Shown: positions 7,746-17,545 of the stretch, piece by piece
Layout: the number at the start of each line of letters is the position of its first letter
Position numbering within the stretch: position 1 is the stretch's first letter
Assembly: GCA_964538455.1 (NCBI GenBank)
Contig: CAZIDZ010000010.1
Location: 12,239 to 76,238, forward strand
Length of the DNA stretch: 64,000 nucleotides
Direction: 5' to 3'
DNA from: an uncultured bacterium
GTDB taxonomy: Bacteria > Electryoneota > Electryoneia > Electryoneales > Electryoneaceae
Program-made: the position numbers and the translations under genes
The notes under the pieces: model-generated
Told to the model about the DNA's origin: nothing
Seen by the model: only the letters and a program-made list of their open reading frames with translations
Databases searched by the model: none

Positions 7746-9665
7746 TCATTTCGCGAGCACCAGGCAATTCGCCGGATCCGTTTCCGCCAGCAGCAGGGCT
7801 CGAAGCGCCGGCCATTGTTCCGGCGTGTAAACGCGTGAAACCAGCAGCAGAGTCTTGCGGAGTGTCACGGTGTCCCCATCCCGGCTGATCTCGAGGCGGA
7901 ACGAACCGGCGTCATTGGTGAGATGGACGGGTTCGGGCTGGTAGACGATGGACTTCCCCGCGAGAGTCAGCTCGACGCCGACGGTCTGCTCGACCGGGCT
8001 CTGCAGATAGACCGGCGTTCCTCTGTTTTCTTCGTACAGGCGAACGTCACCTTTGAGGAGATCGAGGATCCCCCACTCGGGTTCACCCGTCCTGATCGGT
8101 GTTCGGCCGTACGCGTCGCTGTCCGGAAGGGGAGCGGTCATCTCGAATCCCGCGGCAATGGTGAAGACATCGAAGGTGGTTGTGTAGTAGCCGCCGATCT
8201 CCGCGCCGTCAATCACTCCGCCGACGATATCGCTCAGCGTTTCCCGCCCCTTCTCCTCGCCACGATCCATGCCATCGTAAGGATTCAGCGTCCAGTACCC
8301 GGTGATATGCCCCTCGCCGATTAGCTTGCGCTCCCCGTTCTCCTTCAGGGAGATCATCACCTCGAGCCGCGCCGTTTCCCCTTCGGCGACACCACGCATT
8401 TCCGGGGTTTCCGCACGTCCGACAATCCAAAGCGATCGGCCGAGGACAGTTGACAGCCCTGTGGTCAATTTTCCGGACTGCGGGTTATAGTACGCCTCCA
8501 CGCCTTCGCCGCTGATCCAGAGGGCTACCGGCTCCATGCGCCCCAGCGTGGCCACCCCTTCATTCATGTCGACGGCCGACCGTCCCCGGAAAACCGGCCA
8601 GGTTTGCATTCCGGCCTCTTCCGCCAGGGCGGCGACGAGTACTGCGCGATCGAGTCCGCAGCCATGGGCGCTCGCCCAGGTTTCGGCGGGGTTCCGCGGC
8701 GCGGGCCAGAACCATTTGTCGTCGTACGAAACCGGCGCCACTGTTCGGTTTACGAAGTCGTTGATTTTCCGCGCGCGATCCAGTAATTCTGTGCTTCCGG
8801 CAACGATCTGCCTGACGCTGTCTTTCAGCACCTTGTCCAGCGACATTGCCTCGCGAAATGTCGTTTCCAGATCACGTCCGAGAGCACTCCAGTTTTCCCA
8901 GGTCGACCAAGAGAGGTGCGGCAGGTAAGCAGCGGGATCGCTGGTTTCGGGATCGGGTCTCGCCGGCAGCGGCCCCATCTTCCACGACCAGCGCTCGAGC
9001 CCACGTTCGGGATCGCTGCTCTGTCTGGGCTCGGGAACCCCGTCAGACGCTTTCAGCACCGGGGTGATCGCCCGAGGCATTTCGAGAATGAACCAGGACC
9101 AGACGATCGGTTCCTCATCCTGAAAGATGTACACGCCTTCCGCTCCACGGCGGAACGGTTCCTTGTCCTCAATGGTGTACGCGCATTCGAGAATGCACGG
9201 CAGCTCGACTCCATCGTGCAACAGCATCTTCTCGTGGATGTTGGTATAGGCCGGTGCCACTGCAAGTTTGAATGGGGTGGTTTCGACGATCGCGGTCTGA
9301 CGGTGCTGAATCCAGCGCTGCTCGCTCTCGCGCCAGACGCGGAGGGCATGAACGGTCATTTTCTGGCGCTTACTGTCGTAAGGGATCCGCAAATCGGCGT
9401 ACTTCTCGATTGCGCGGTCGGAGTTGATGCGGACGATCCGATGCACCAACAGCGAGCGCCTGCCGTCCGGAAGAATCGTTTCGCGATAGCCGGACAGGAG
9501 CACCACGGCGTCTTCAGCGGCCATGTCGAACGTGGTGTCCGCGATGGAGAGCATTTCACCGATGTCCATGCGTCCGCTATAGGTCATCGGTTCGGCGTGT
9601 GCACCGGCGACGGCCAGCGCCAACACCAACGAGGCAACGAAGGATCTCCGCAGAGCGTTCATCAC
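7746..9665 (-). CDS. secreted DUF3857/transglutaminase-like family protein (paralog 2)
   Basis: Signal peptide MMNALRRSFVASLVLALAVAGAHA. DUF3857-like N-region and a Cys-containing transglutaminase-like core (SAHGCGLDRAVLVAALAEEAG). The start overlaps the upstream paralog stop. Confidence 0.55.
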   Translation of the reverse strand: MMNALRRSFVASLVLALAVAGAHAEPMTYSGRMDIGEMLSIADTTFDMAAEDAVVLLSGYRETILPDGRRSLLVHRIVRINSDRAIEKYADLRIPYDSKRQKMTVHALRVWRESEQRWIQHRQTAIVETTPFKLAVAPAYTNIHEKMLLHDGVELPCILECAYTIEDKEPFRRGAEGVYIFQDEEPIVWSWFILEMPRAITPVLKASDGVPEPRQSSDPERGLERWSWKMGPLPARPDPETSDPAAYLPHLSWSTWENWSALGRDLETTFREAMSLDKVLKDSVRQIVAGSTELLDRARKINDFVNRTVAPVSYDDKWFWPAPRNPAETWASAHGCGLDRAVLVAALAEEAGMQTWPVFRGRSAVDMNEGVATLGRMEPVALWISGEGVEAYYNPQSGKLTTGLSTVLGRSLWIVGRAETPEMRGVAEGETARLEVMISLKENGERKLIGEGHITGYWTLNPYDGMDRGEEKGRETLSDIVGGVIDGAEIGGYYTTTFDVFTIAAGFEMTAPLPDSDAYGRTPIRTGEPEWGILDLLKGDVRLYEENRGTPVYLQSPVEQTVGVELTLAGKSIVYQPEPVHLTNDAGSFRLEISRDGDTVTLRKTLLLVSRVYTPEQWPALRALLLAETDPANCLVLAK

Positions 9666-11719
9666 GCACCTCCCTTCGTCACTCGAATCACCCGATCGGC
9701 CCAGGCATCCATCTGTTTCATCGCCTCGCGGAAGCCTTCATAGCCGGACGGGGGAATCTGACGCCGCCGTATCTCCGCCTTCGTGGTGATCACCAAGGCC
9801 TTTTTCTTCATCGAAGCGTCCGCATCGAAGAAGGCGTACACGGCATCCACCTTCTTCGCATTGATATTCCGGGGAAGCTTGTATCCACGGGGAAGCTGAA
9901 TCGTTTCACGTATGTCCAGCTTCTGCGTATAGTAGAGGAATACGTCAGTTTTTCGTTCCGGCTCCCATGTCACCGAATTGGCCCGGAAGAACAGCGGGTG
10001 GTGGCGCACTACGTTCACCAGGGGTGAGTGGAATTCCAACCCGTCTCCCACGGTCATCGCGAATTGAGGAATGCGGTAGCGAATGACCAGCCACATATTT
10101 CCGGTGAAATCGTCCGGCGCTCGGTGGGAAACATCGGCGATCTCTACGCGGTCGCTAATCTCCGACAGTGTTTTCAGGAGGTACTCCCGCAGCTCCCGCC
10201 GGGGCCGCTGATACACGACGCGGCGCAGGCGGCTGTCCGCCGCACCCGCGGCATCAAAACGAATCGTGCCTGTCAGCGTACCATCATCCGACAAACTGGC
10301 GTCATGCGCGACAGTCAACGGGGATTCCCCGGGAGGGCTGTACCGGATCTCTTTCAGCTTCACCCCGTCCGGCGTTCCGATCACATACTGCTGCTCGGCT
10401 TCGAGCTTGCTCCAGATGTCGTTGTTGAAAGGAACCCAGGTGGGGTCGAGCATCACAAAGCGGTCCTGCTGCTTCAGCGCGACAACGCAGTGGTTGAACT
10501 GATCCGCAGGAATGTCCTCGATGCGGCTGCCCGCCATGGTCATCGCGGGGTAAGATTCGAGTCCGGCAGCGCGCAGAAAGGTCACCGACATCGACGCGAT
10601 ATCCTTGCAGACTCCGCTGCGGTACTCGAAAAGCATGTCCGAGGGGTGCAGCGTGAAGCCCTCGCCCTCTCCCATAGTCTGGCCGCTGTAACGGACATTC
10701 TGGGCGACCCAATGGTTCAGGGCTTCCGCCTTCTGGATGTCCGTTCCTTTTTCCACCCCCGCGTCCTGTAGAATCTGCTGCGCTTTCGCCCGGATGGCAT
10801 CGCTGACCTGGAATTGATTCTTGTTCACATCCCAGAACCACCGGCTTTTCGCCTTCCAACTTTCGGCTGTCGTCATCACGACCTTGGGGACGTAATCCGG
10901 TTTGTCCGGCTGGCGCACCTCGTGAGGGCGCGCCTCCATGTTGAACGTCCACCAGGAGTAGATGGTGCTGTCAGGAGTGTAGCTGGTTCTCGCGAAAATC
11001 GCCCCGTTGTAGATCTCGCTGTTCAATCGCTTGTCTTTGGGCAAGGTCAGGGTGTAGCGTTTTTCGACGATTGGGACGTCCGCCTGGAACAGGACGATGT
11101 CAAAGTATTCCCCCGCCATTGGCGGGATATACCTGTCATCATCCGGACTGGCGATTTTCTGCAGAGCGCTCGGACTATCAAAGGCGTCATCCGCGAGCAG
11201 TGCGTAATTGTAGCCTTTGCGCATCGCCCGCACCTCGATCCCATCCCCGATCTGCAGACGTGGCAGTTGGAGCAACTTTATCCTGTCGCTCCAGTAAATC
11301 ATCGACTGGGGAGCGGGAAGGTCGAGCAGACTCTCGAGAGGAACGGGAATTCGTTTTCCGTCGCGGATGATGTTGACGCCGACCACTTTGACAAAGCTGC
11401 TGCGCGGGTCGTAATTCCAGCGAAGGGTCGCGAGTTTTACCGCCCCCTCCTCCGTCAGGACCTTGTAGAGTGTGTAAAGATCGACATAGGTGACACCGCT
11501 CTCCGTCACCCGGCTCACCTGGTCGTCGAAGACAATCAGGTGGTCAGTATCAGGGAAGTCCTCAGCGCTTCCCGCCGCCGCGATCCGTGTCAGTGCATTG
11601 ACCGGAGGGGGAGTTCCCGGAGGGGTGGGTCGATCCGCCTCGAGTTGAGCATACGCCGGCAACGCCAGCAGGATCAGGAGTGTTGCCGGTCCGAACCGTC
11701 TCAGCAGCATTCTTCCCAT
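9662..11719 (-). CDS. DUF3857 domain / transglutaminase-like cysteine peptidase domain protein (paralog 1)
   Basis: Transglutaminase-like core SGVCKDIASMSVTFLRAAGLESYPAMTMAG...HCVVAL...DPTWVP. The likely start is MGRMLLRRFGPATLLILLALPAYAQ (signal peptide), rather than the longer track start at 12232. Confidence 0.6.
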   Translation of the reverse strand: MGRMLLRRFGPATLLILLALPAYAQLEADRPTPPGTPPPVNALTRIAAAGSAEDFPDTDHLIVFDDQVSRVTESGVTYVDLYTLYKVLTEEGAVKLATLRWNYDPRSSFVKVVGVNIIRDGKRIPVPLESLLDLPAPQSMIYWSDRIKLLQLPRLQIGDGIEVRAMRKGYNYALLADDAFDSPSALQKIASPDDDRYIPPMAGEYFDIVLFQADVPIVEKRYTLTLPKDKRLNSEIYNGAIFARTSYTPDSTIYSWWTFNMEARPHEVRQPDKPDYVPKVVMTTAESWKAKSRWFWDVNKNQFQVSDAIRAKAQQILQDAGVEKGTDIQKAEALNHWVAQNVRYSGQTMGEGEGFTLHPSDMLFEYRSGVCKDIASMSVTFLRAAGLESYPAMTMAGSRIEDIPADQFNHCVVALKQQDRFVMLDPTWVPFNNDIWSKLEAEQQYVIGTPDGVKLKEIRYSPPGESPLTVAHDASLSDDGTLTGTIRFDAAGAADSRLRRVVYQRPRRELREYLLKTLSEISDRVEIADVSHRAPDDFTGNMWLVIRYRIPQFAMTVGDGLEFHSPLVNVVRHHPLFFRANSVTWEPERKTDVFLYYTQKLDIRETIQLPRGYKLPRNINAKKVDAVYAFFDADASMKKKALVITTKAEIRRRQIPPSGYEGFREAMKQMDAWADRVIRVTKGGA

Positions 11720-12140
11720 TGCCTTGTTCCCTTCAGCCAGTCGAGGAGGATGATCGGCGTCCCAGCCACTGTGAGAACATCCGGTGCGGCAAGGTAGGCT
11801 CCCCGAAGGGAAGTGGGCAAGTTGGAGCCGCACCCAGTTCAAACCGACCTCTGCCATCCGTTGTATATTTGGAAAACACAAAGTGATACTTGAATCGAGC
11901 AGGTGTTGAGACGGAATAGAATCCTCACAAGCCGGGGAAAGGTTTTTCGGACATACAAGACTCTTTCTTGTCAGGAATTGAGCGAGTAATTTGACCATTC
12001 CTAAACCTACCATGGAGTCTTCGGATTGGATGCGACCCGAGATTCCAAGAGCGTACATTCGCCCGCGAAAGGGCACGGACTCCGAAAGCTCCGGGGCGAA
12101 AAGGGAGCTATCCCGGCGCACATGAACGGAAACTGCTGAG

Positions 12141-13037
12141 ATGAACTGGTCCTGGTTGAAGAAACTGTTCGGGCACGAAGAACAGGTTGTGCTCGCGCTC
12201 TCCGGAGGAGGGGCTCGCGGGCTTGCCCACATCGGAGTTCTGAAAGAGCTCGACCGGGTGGGTCTGAAACCCGGTCTTGTGACCGGGACTTCAATCGGCG
12301 CTGTTGTCGGTGCGCTCTATTGCCTTCACGGCGGCGCAGAAAAGCTCGAGCAGGTGGCACACGACCTGGTTCATTCGGAGTTGTTTGCAAAATTCGACCT
12401 CGATGAGATGCTCGAAGACGAAGATGAACATCACGACAGTTTCGAGGAGTTCGGCACGCGGGTGCGAAAGATCTACACGTTGAGCAAAATGATCCGCCGG
12501 GAATCGGTGGTAGAGCGCGGTTTGATGGAAGACGTGATGAAGGAATTGTACGGCGACGCTACGTTCGATCAGCTCGAGATCCCTTTCGCCGCGGTCGCAA
12601 CCGACCTGATCTCCGGCGAAGACATCACTCTGCGCACCGGCTTTCTGGCGACCGCGGTTCAGGCGAGCGCATCCATCCCGGGCGTGTTTCCGCCGGTACG
12701 GTTCGACGGATACGCGTTGGTTGATGGCGGGATCACGCGGAACGTGCCTATCCCGGAACCAGGGGAATCGTTGAATTCCAAGGTGATTGTCGTGGACGTC
12801 ATGCGCGGACTCTACGACGAGGGACCGTTCAAGTACGGTCTCGACATCCTCGCGCGCACGGACTGGATCACCCAGATTCACCTGAATCGCTTTTTCCTCG
12901 ACAGGGCGGATCTTGTGATCGTACCCGACGTCCGAAACGTCCATTGGGCGGATTTCAAGCGGCTTAACGAACTGGTTCTCGCCGGCCGCGAAGCGCTACT
13001 CGACAAGCTGGATGAAGTGAAGGAAACGTTCGAGTAG
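12141..13037 (+). CDS. patatin-like phospholipase
   Basis: GGGARG oxyanion motif, GTSIG nucleophile elbow, DGG catalytic Asp motif. Confidence 0.85.
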   Translation: MNWSWLKKLFGHEEQVVLALSGGGARGLAHIGVLKELDRVGLKPGLVTGTSIGAVVGALYCLHGGAEKLEQVAHDLVHSELFAKFDLDEMLEDEDEHHDSFEEFGTRVRKIYTLSKMIRRESVVERGLMEDVMKELYGDATFDQLEIPFAAVATDLISGEDITLRTGFLATAVQASASIPGVFPPVRFDGYALVDGGITRNVPIPEPGESLNSKVIVVDVMRGLYDEGPFKYGLDILARTDWITQIHLNRFFLDRADLVIVPDVRNVHWADFKRLNELVLAGREALLDKLDEVKETFE

Positions 13038-13147
13038 AACGGCAAAGCGCCCAAGATCCGGCACGAACGTTGGCCTGATTTTTCAACCACCGGCACCGGC
13101 CTGCCATGGATCAAACGGGCAATCCCGGCGGCGAAACTGAAACGGGA

Positions 13148-14134
13148 TCAGGCCTCGCTGATGGTTTCCGTCTGCTGCTTTAAAGTCAAAGCCTGACGCT
13201 GGCGATGCCGTCTGTCGTCAAACACTCCAGCCACTCCGAGCAGCACCAGAGCCGCTCCAGCCAGGGTGTTCACGGTCAGCGGTTCATGCAGCAGCAGCCA
13301 TCCGAGAAAAACCGCGATCACCGGATTGACGTACGCATAGGTGGAAACGATCGATGTCGGGAGCAATTTCAGCACTTTCATGAATGAGGTGAAGGCGATC
13401 AACGACCCGGCGACGATCAGGTAAGCCAACCCGCCCCATGCCGCAGGTTCCGGCCTGTGCCATTTTTCGCCTGCCAGCAGCACCATCAACACGAATCCCC
13501 CAAGCCCGATCAACTGCTGCCAACCGGCGATCGCCATCGAGCCAAGTTTCACGGGACGCCGCGCCATCAGCACCATCCCCATTCCCCAGAACATGGGGGC
13601 TGCCAGCAACGCGATCACACTCAGCGCGTCCGCATGCCGTCCCCCCTGAATCTCCGGGTAGGTGAGCACGCCGAGCCCCGAAAAACCGACCAGCAAGGCT
13701 CCAATGAGACGCACGCTGGGAGTTCTACGGTCGAGAATCGCTTCGTACAACGCGGTCCAAATCGGGAGCGCACCGACAATCAATGCGGCATATCCGGAAT
13801 CCGCGCGCTGTTCGCCCCAATTGACAAGGCCGTTGCCGCCGATCCAAAGCAGCAGGCCCGAAATCACCAGCGTCACGAATTCGCCACGGCCTGGCCGAAC
13901 GCGGACGCCACGCAGCCGAGCCCCCACCAACAGGATCAAGCTGGCAGGAAGCAGACGCATCGCCCCGAGGGTGAATGGCTCGAACCCGTTCCCCTCCCGC
14001 ACCGCGACACGAATCGCCAGGTAGGTGCTTCCCCAGATGAGATAAATCACAAGCAGATGGAAAAGACCGACCAGGGGCAGGTCTCCGCCTGCCGTACCTC
14101 GATGTGGATTGCTTTGGCTTTGATTCATGGACAA
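13148..14134 (-). CDS. EamA/DMT-family transporter
   Basis: About 10 transmembrane helices and EamA-like duplicated topology (LIWGSTYLAIRVA...). Confidence 0.7.
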   Translation of the reverse strand: MSMNQSQSNPHRGTAGGDLPLVGLFHLLVIYLIWGSTYLAIRVAVREGNGFEPFTLGAMRLLPASLILLVGARLRGVRVRPGRGEFVTLVISGLLLWIGGNGLVNWGEQRADSGYAALIVGALPIWTALYEAILDRRTPSVRLIGALLVGFSGLGVLTYPEIQGGRHADALSVIALLAAPMFWGMGMVLMARRPVKLGSMAIAGWQQLIGLGGFVLMVLLAGEKWHRPEPAAWGGLAYLIVAGSLIAFTSFMKVLKLLPTSIVSTYAYVNPVIAVFLGWLLLHEPLTVNTLAGAALVLLGVAGVFDDRRHRQRQALTLKQQTETISEA

Positions 14135-14285
14135 CTCCAGGGAATCGGCTCAACGAGGCGGAATCTACACTCCTCGGATTCGCCATTCGTCCGGATTTTT
14201 TCGCTTACACTCTCCGGCTCTCCCAAAGGGTTTGCCGTATATTTCACAGGATCTTACGTTGAACCGATTAAGAGACAGGTTTTGG

Positions 14286-15818
14286 ATGGAGGACCCGATG
14301 GCCGACCCTCGTACGATCTACGACAAATTGAAACAACGGATGGCGGAGGTTGCCGAGCTGGAGACCATCCGCTGGGTGCTCGAATGGGACGAACAAACGG
14401 AGATGCAGTCCGCAGGTGCATCATGGCGGGGACGCCAGGCGGCGCTGATCGATGGGCTCGCCCATGAGCGAGCTACGGACCCCAAGATCGGGGAGCTGAT
14501 TTCAGAGCTTGAAAATACAGGAGATGCACTCGGGGAAGCCGACAATCCAGAGCGTGTCAACATCCGTGAATGGCGCAGAGATTACGACCGCCGCGTGAAA
14601 CTCCCGAAGAGCCTCGTCGAGGAGATGACGCGCACCGCAGTAGAAGGCCGCGCGGCGTGGGTTGAGGCCAGGAAAAACAAGACCTTCTCAACGTTTGCCC
14701 CGTGGCTGTCAAAGAGTTTCAAACTCGCCCGCAAAGCCGCCGACCTCTACGGCCATAACGGCGAACCGTACGATGCGCTGCTCGAAGGGTACGAGCCCGG
14801 TATCACCAGCAAACAAGCGTCTGAGATGCTGCGGGATCTCCGCCAGCGGCTGGTGCCGCTGATCGAAGCCGTCGCCAACGCCAAACGACGACCCAAGCGC
14901 AAGCATCTCCAAGGCAATTTTCCGCTCGCGACACAGCAGGCGTTCAACGCCGAGGTGGCCACCTGGATCGGCTATGATTTGACACGGGGCGGCATCGGCG
15001 AAACCGTCCACCCCTTTTGCATCACACTCGGCCCCGACGATATCCGTTTTGGCACTCGATACCGCGAAAACGACTTCAGCGATGCCTTGACCAGTTCGCT
15101 TCACGAGGCGGGGCATGGGATCTACGAACAGGGGCTGCTCCGCGAGCACTTTGGCACGCCGCTCGGCACGGCAGTCTCGCTCGGCGTTCACGAATCCCAG
15201 TCCCGGATGTGGGAAAACCGGATCGGACGCAGTCACGCATTCTGGGAGATCTGGCTTCCGCGCGCGGGCAATCACTTTCCCGAACTGGTGAAGCGCAAGG
15301 TCGACGACGTCCACTTTGCCATCAACGACATCCAACCCAGCCTGATCCGCGTGGAGGCGGATGAACTGACTTACAACCTGCACATCCTGATCCGTTTCGA
15401 ATTGGAGATTGCGTTGTTGAGCGGCGATCTGGCCGTGAACGATCTCCCCGGCGCCTGGAACGAAAAGGTCAGGGAGTACCTCGGAATCGAGGTGCCCGAC
15501 GATACTCAGGGCTGCCTCCAGGACATCCACTGGTCGGTGGGACTGATCGGTTACTTCCCCACCTACGCGCTCGGCAACATTTACTCAGCACAATTCGTTG
15601 AGGCCGCGGAAAAGGATCTCGGCGGCTTCGAGGACATCCTGCGCAAGGAACAGCCGCTGGTCATTCGCGACTGGTTCAACGAGAAAATCCACAGCCAGGG
15701 ACGGCGGTACATGCCGTCCGAGCTTGTGGAAAAGGTAAGCGGCAGACCGCCATCCGCCGAGGCATTGACCGCCTACCTGAGCGGAAAAGTGAAGGATCTT
15801 TACGGGGCGTCTGTCTGA
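14286..15818 (+). CDS. M32 family carboxypeptidase (Taq-like metallocarboxypeptidase)
   Basis: HEAGHGIYEQG HExxH motif, HESQSRMWEN, DIHWS...GYFPTYALGN. The start is chosen at MEDPMADPRTIYDKL. Confidence 0.85.
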   Translation: MEDPMADPRTIYDKLKQRMAEVAELETIRWVLEWDEQTEMQSAGASWRGRQAALIDGLAHERATDPKIGELISELENTGDALGEADNPERVNIREWRRDYDRRVKLPKSLVEEMTRTAVEGRAAWVEARKNKTFSTFAPWLSKSFKLARKAADLYGHNGEPYDALLEGYEPGITSKQASEMLRDLRQRLVPLIEAVANAKRRPKRKHLQGNFPLATQQAFNAEVATWIGYDLTRGGIGETVHPFCITLGPDDIRFGTRYRENDFSDALTSSLHEAGHGIYEQGLLREHFGTPLGTAVSLGVHESQSRMWENRIGRSHAFWEIWLPRAGNHFPELVKRKVDDVHFAINDIQPSLIRVEADELTYNLHILIRFELEIALLSGDLAVNDLPGAWNEKVREYLGIEVPDDTQGCLQDIHWSVGLIGYFPTYALGNIYSAQFVEAAEKDLGGFEDILRKEQPLVIRDWFNEKIHSQGRRYMPSELVEKVSGRPPSAEALTAYLSGKVKDLYGASV

Positions 15819-15869
15819 AGTGACAGAGCCTTCAACACGCAGGCCCCTTCCGCCGAACCGCGGACGGGG

Positions 15870-16469
15870 CTATTTCTTTTTCGCGATGCGTTTGCGCAGA
15901 TGGAAGGGAAGGGCAACCCGGTGCACGCTCGGCGGAAAAACGCCTTCGCGGACGAAACGAACATCTTCGGCGGAATAAAATGCGTTCGGATTGTATGCAT
16001 GGATCAACTGCACGACGCCTTCGAGGTCGTGCCTCTGAAGCAGCATGAAGAGGATTTTGACCGGACCCCGTGCCCCCTCCGCATCCACGCTGGTGAGCCC
16101 GTAATTCAATTCGCGCAGCTTGTTGGCGAGTTCGGTTGCATCGGTGTGGGTGATGATCCGCAGGATGACCATCCCGATTGCGAGCTTGCTTTCGATCCAG
16201 ATGCCCACCCAGGTGCCCGCCGCAAAACCGCCTGCATAGGCCACGTAATAGTACCATTCGTTAAGATTTTTCATTATCTGGCCGACCGCGACGATCCAGA
16301 TCAGCACCTCGAAAAATCCGAGAATCGGCGCCACTGCCCGCATTCCGCGGGAGACAAAAATGACCCGAATCGTCCCGATCGAAACATCCATGATGCGGGC
16401 GAAGAAAATGGCCGCTGGGAGCAACACCAATGAAAATAGAGTGCTGCCTGTTGCCGCGAGTTCAATCAT
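15870..16469 (-). CDS. DUF2179/UPF0316-like small membrane protein
   Basis: Three N-terminal transmembrane helices plus a C-terminal soluble domain. Family assignment is by recall. Confidence 0.4.
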   Translation of the reverse strand: MIELAATGSTLFSLVLLPAAIFFARIMDVSIGTIRVIFVSRGMRAVAPILGFFEVLIWIVAVGQIMKNLNEWYYYVAYAGGFAAGTWVGIWIESKLAIGMVILRIITHTDATELANKLRELNYGLTSVDAEGARGPVKILFMLLQRHDLEGVVQLIHAYNPNAFYSAEDVRFVREGVFPPSVHRVALPFHLRKRIAKKK

Positions 16470-16585
16470 GGGACAGCTTCTTTTCTTTTTTCAGAACTGC
16501 ACCGGGGCCGTAAGAAACAGCCGCAAGCCGCCAGCGTCAAGGAATGCTCTCTTCGAGGGCTCCACGAAAGGGCGCGGACGCGCCC

Positions 16586-17452
16586 TCATTCCTCATCGTC
16601 CTGTTTCAGTCCCCGGAGGTGAACGACCAGCATCAGGAACCCGACAACGAACAGCAGTCCGAAGAGAACCACCTGCGCCGGTGAAGCTGGAGTTCCCGCC
16701 TTCTGCATGAACGCGATCATCGCCAGAATCGCGAGCAGCAGCGTAGCCACTTTTACAAGAATCACCGAGGCGATCAGGTAACCGGCCGGGTGGTTGCGCC
16801 AGAGCAGGACGCCGGAGGTCAGGGCGAGGGGCACGACGATGCCCAGATCCATCACCTGAATCGTCAGGTTCCCGCCGTTCTCCTCGAGCACGGATTGCGG
16901 CAGGCTGCCCGAGAAGGTGGCAGGCAGGATGATCGATCCCAGCCACATGATGCCGACCAGCGCTCCGGCAACGATCATGTACGCAGCAACGACCTTGCGC
17001 GGATAGGTTTCGTCGTATCGACCCGCCAGCTCCTTCGCGTCGATGGATGAAAAACCTACAATCAGCGCGGCGAGGGACATGGAAAAGATGGCGACGACGA
17101 CGAGCCACAGCCGGTTGAACGGAAGCAACATCGCGTAACTGAGATACGTATAAGCGAAGTAGGCGAGCTGGCCGAGGAGCAGGATGTCCCCCCGCTGCGA
17201 ACCCCGGAACGACAGGATCAGCGCGCCGAAGGTGACCGGGACGGCAAAGACGAGTGTCACCAGGTCCTGGCCGACCGCCTGCGCCTCCAGAGAACGGGGT
17301 ACTGCTCCGTAGAACCCCTGGACGAATAACCCGGTAAGCGTCGCCCAGACCGCAAACGGAATCACGGCCATCGCGAGAAGGTAGATCGTCCTCGGCAGCC
17401 TTCCCATCATCTTCCACACCCTTTCCTGCACGCTTTGACGGGCAAGATACAA
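16586..17452 (-). CDS. integral membrane protein, hypothetical (about 8 TM)
   Basis: Highly hydrophobic. A hairpin overlaps its stop codon (about 16569-16586). Confidence 0.5.
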   Translation of the reverse strand: MYLARQSVQERVWKMMGRLPRTIYLLAMAVIPFAVWATLTGLFVQGFYGAVPRSLEAQAVGQDLVTLVFAVPVTFGALILSFRGSQRGDILLLGQLAYFAYTYLSYAMLLPFNRLWLVVVAIFSMSLAALIVGFSSIDAKELAGRYDETYPRKVVAAYMIVAGALVGIMWLGSIILPATFSGSLPQSVLEENGGNLTIQVMDLGIVVPLALTSGVLLWRNHPAGYLIASVILVKVATLLLAILAMIAFMQKAGTPASPAQVVLFGLLFVVGFLMLVVHLRGLKQDDEE

Positions 17453-17474
17453 GAAAAAGAGTGCGGATTTATGC

Positions 17475-17528
17475 CAAAAGTGACAGTTACTTTTGAAGAC
17501 TTCGGTTCAAAAGAAACTGTCACTTTTG
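17475..17528. promoter_or_regulatory. 23-bp near-perfect inverted repeat (22/23) with 8-bp spacer
   Basis: CAAAAGTGACAGTTACTTTTGAA-gacttcgg-TTCAAAAGAAACTGTCACTTTTG. It lies between the HD-GYP gene stop and the membrane-protein start. There is no U-tract on either strand. Confidence 0.45.
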
Positions 17529-17545
17529 AGCAATTTGACACTGCA

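Noticed and set aside
13457-14467. + strand 336-aa ORF overlapping the EamA transporter gene, and minus-strand ORF 14709..15530 inside the M32 peptidase gene.
   Set aside because: Antisense/out-of-frame to well-supported genes; compositionally biased translation.
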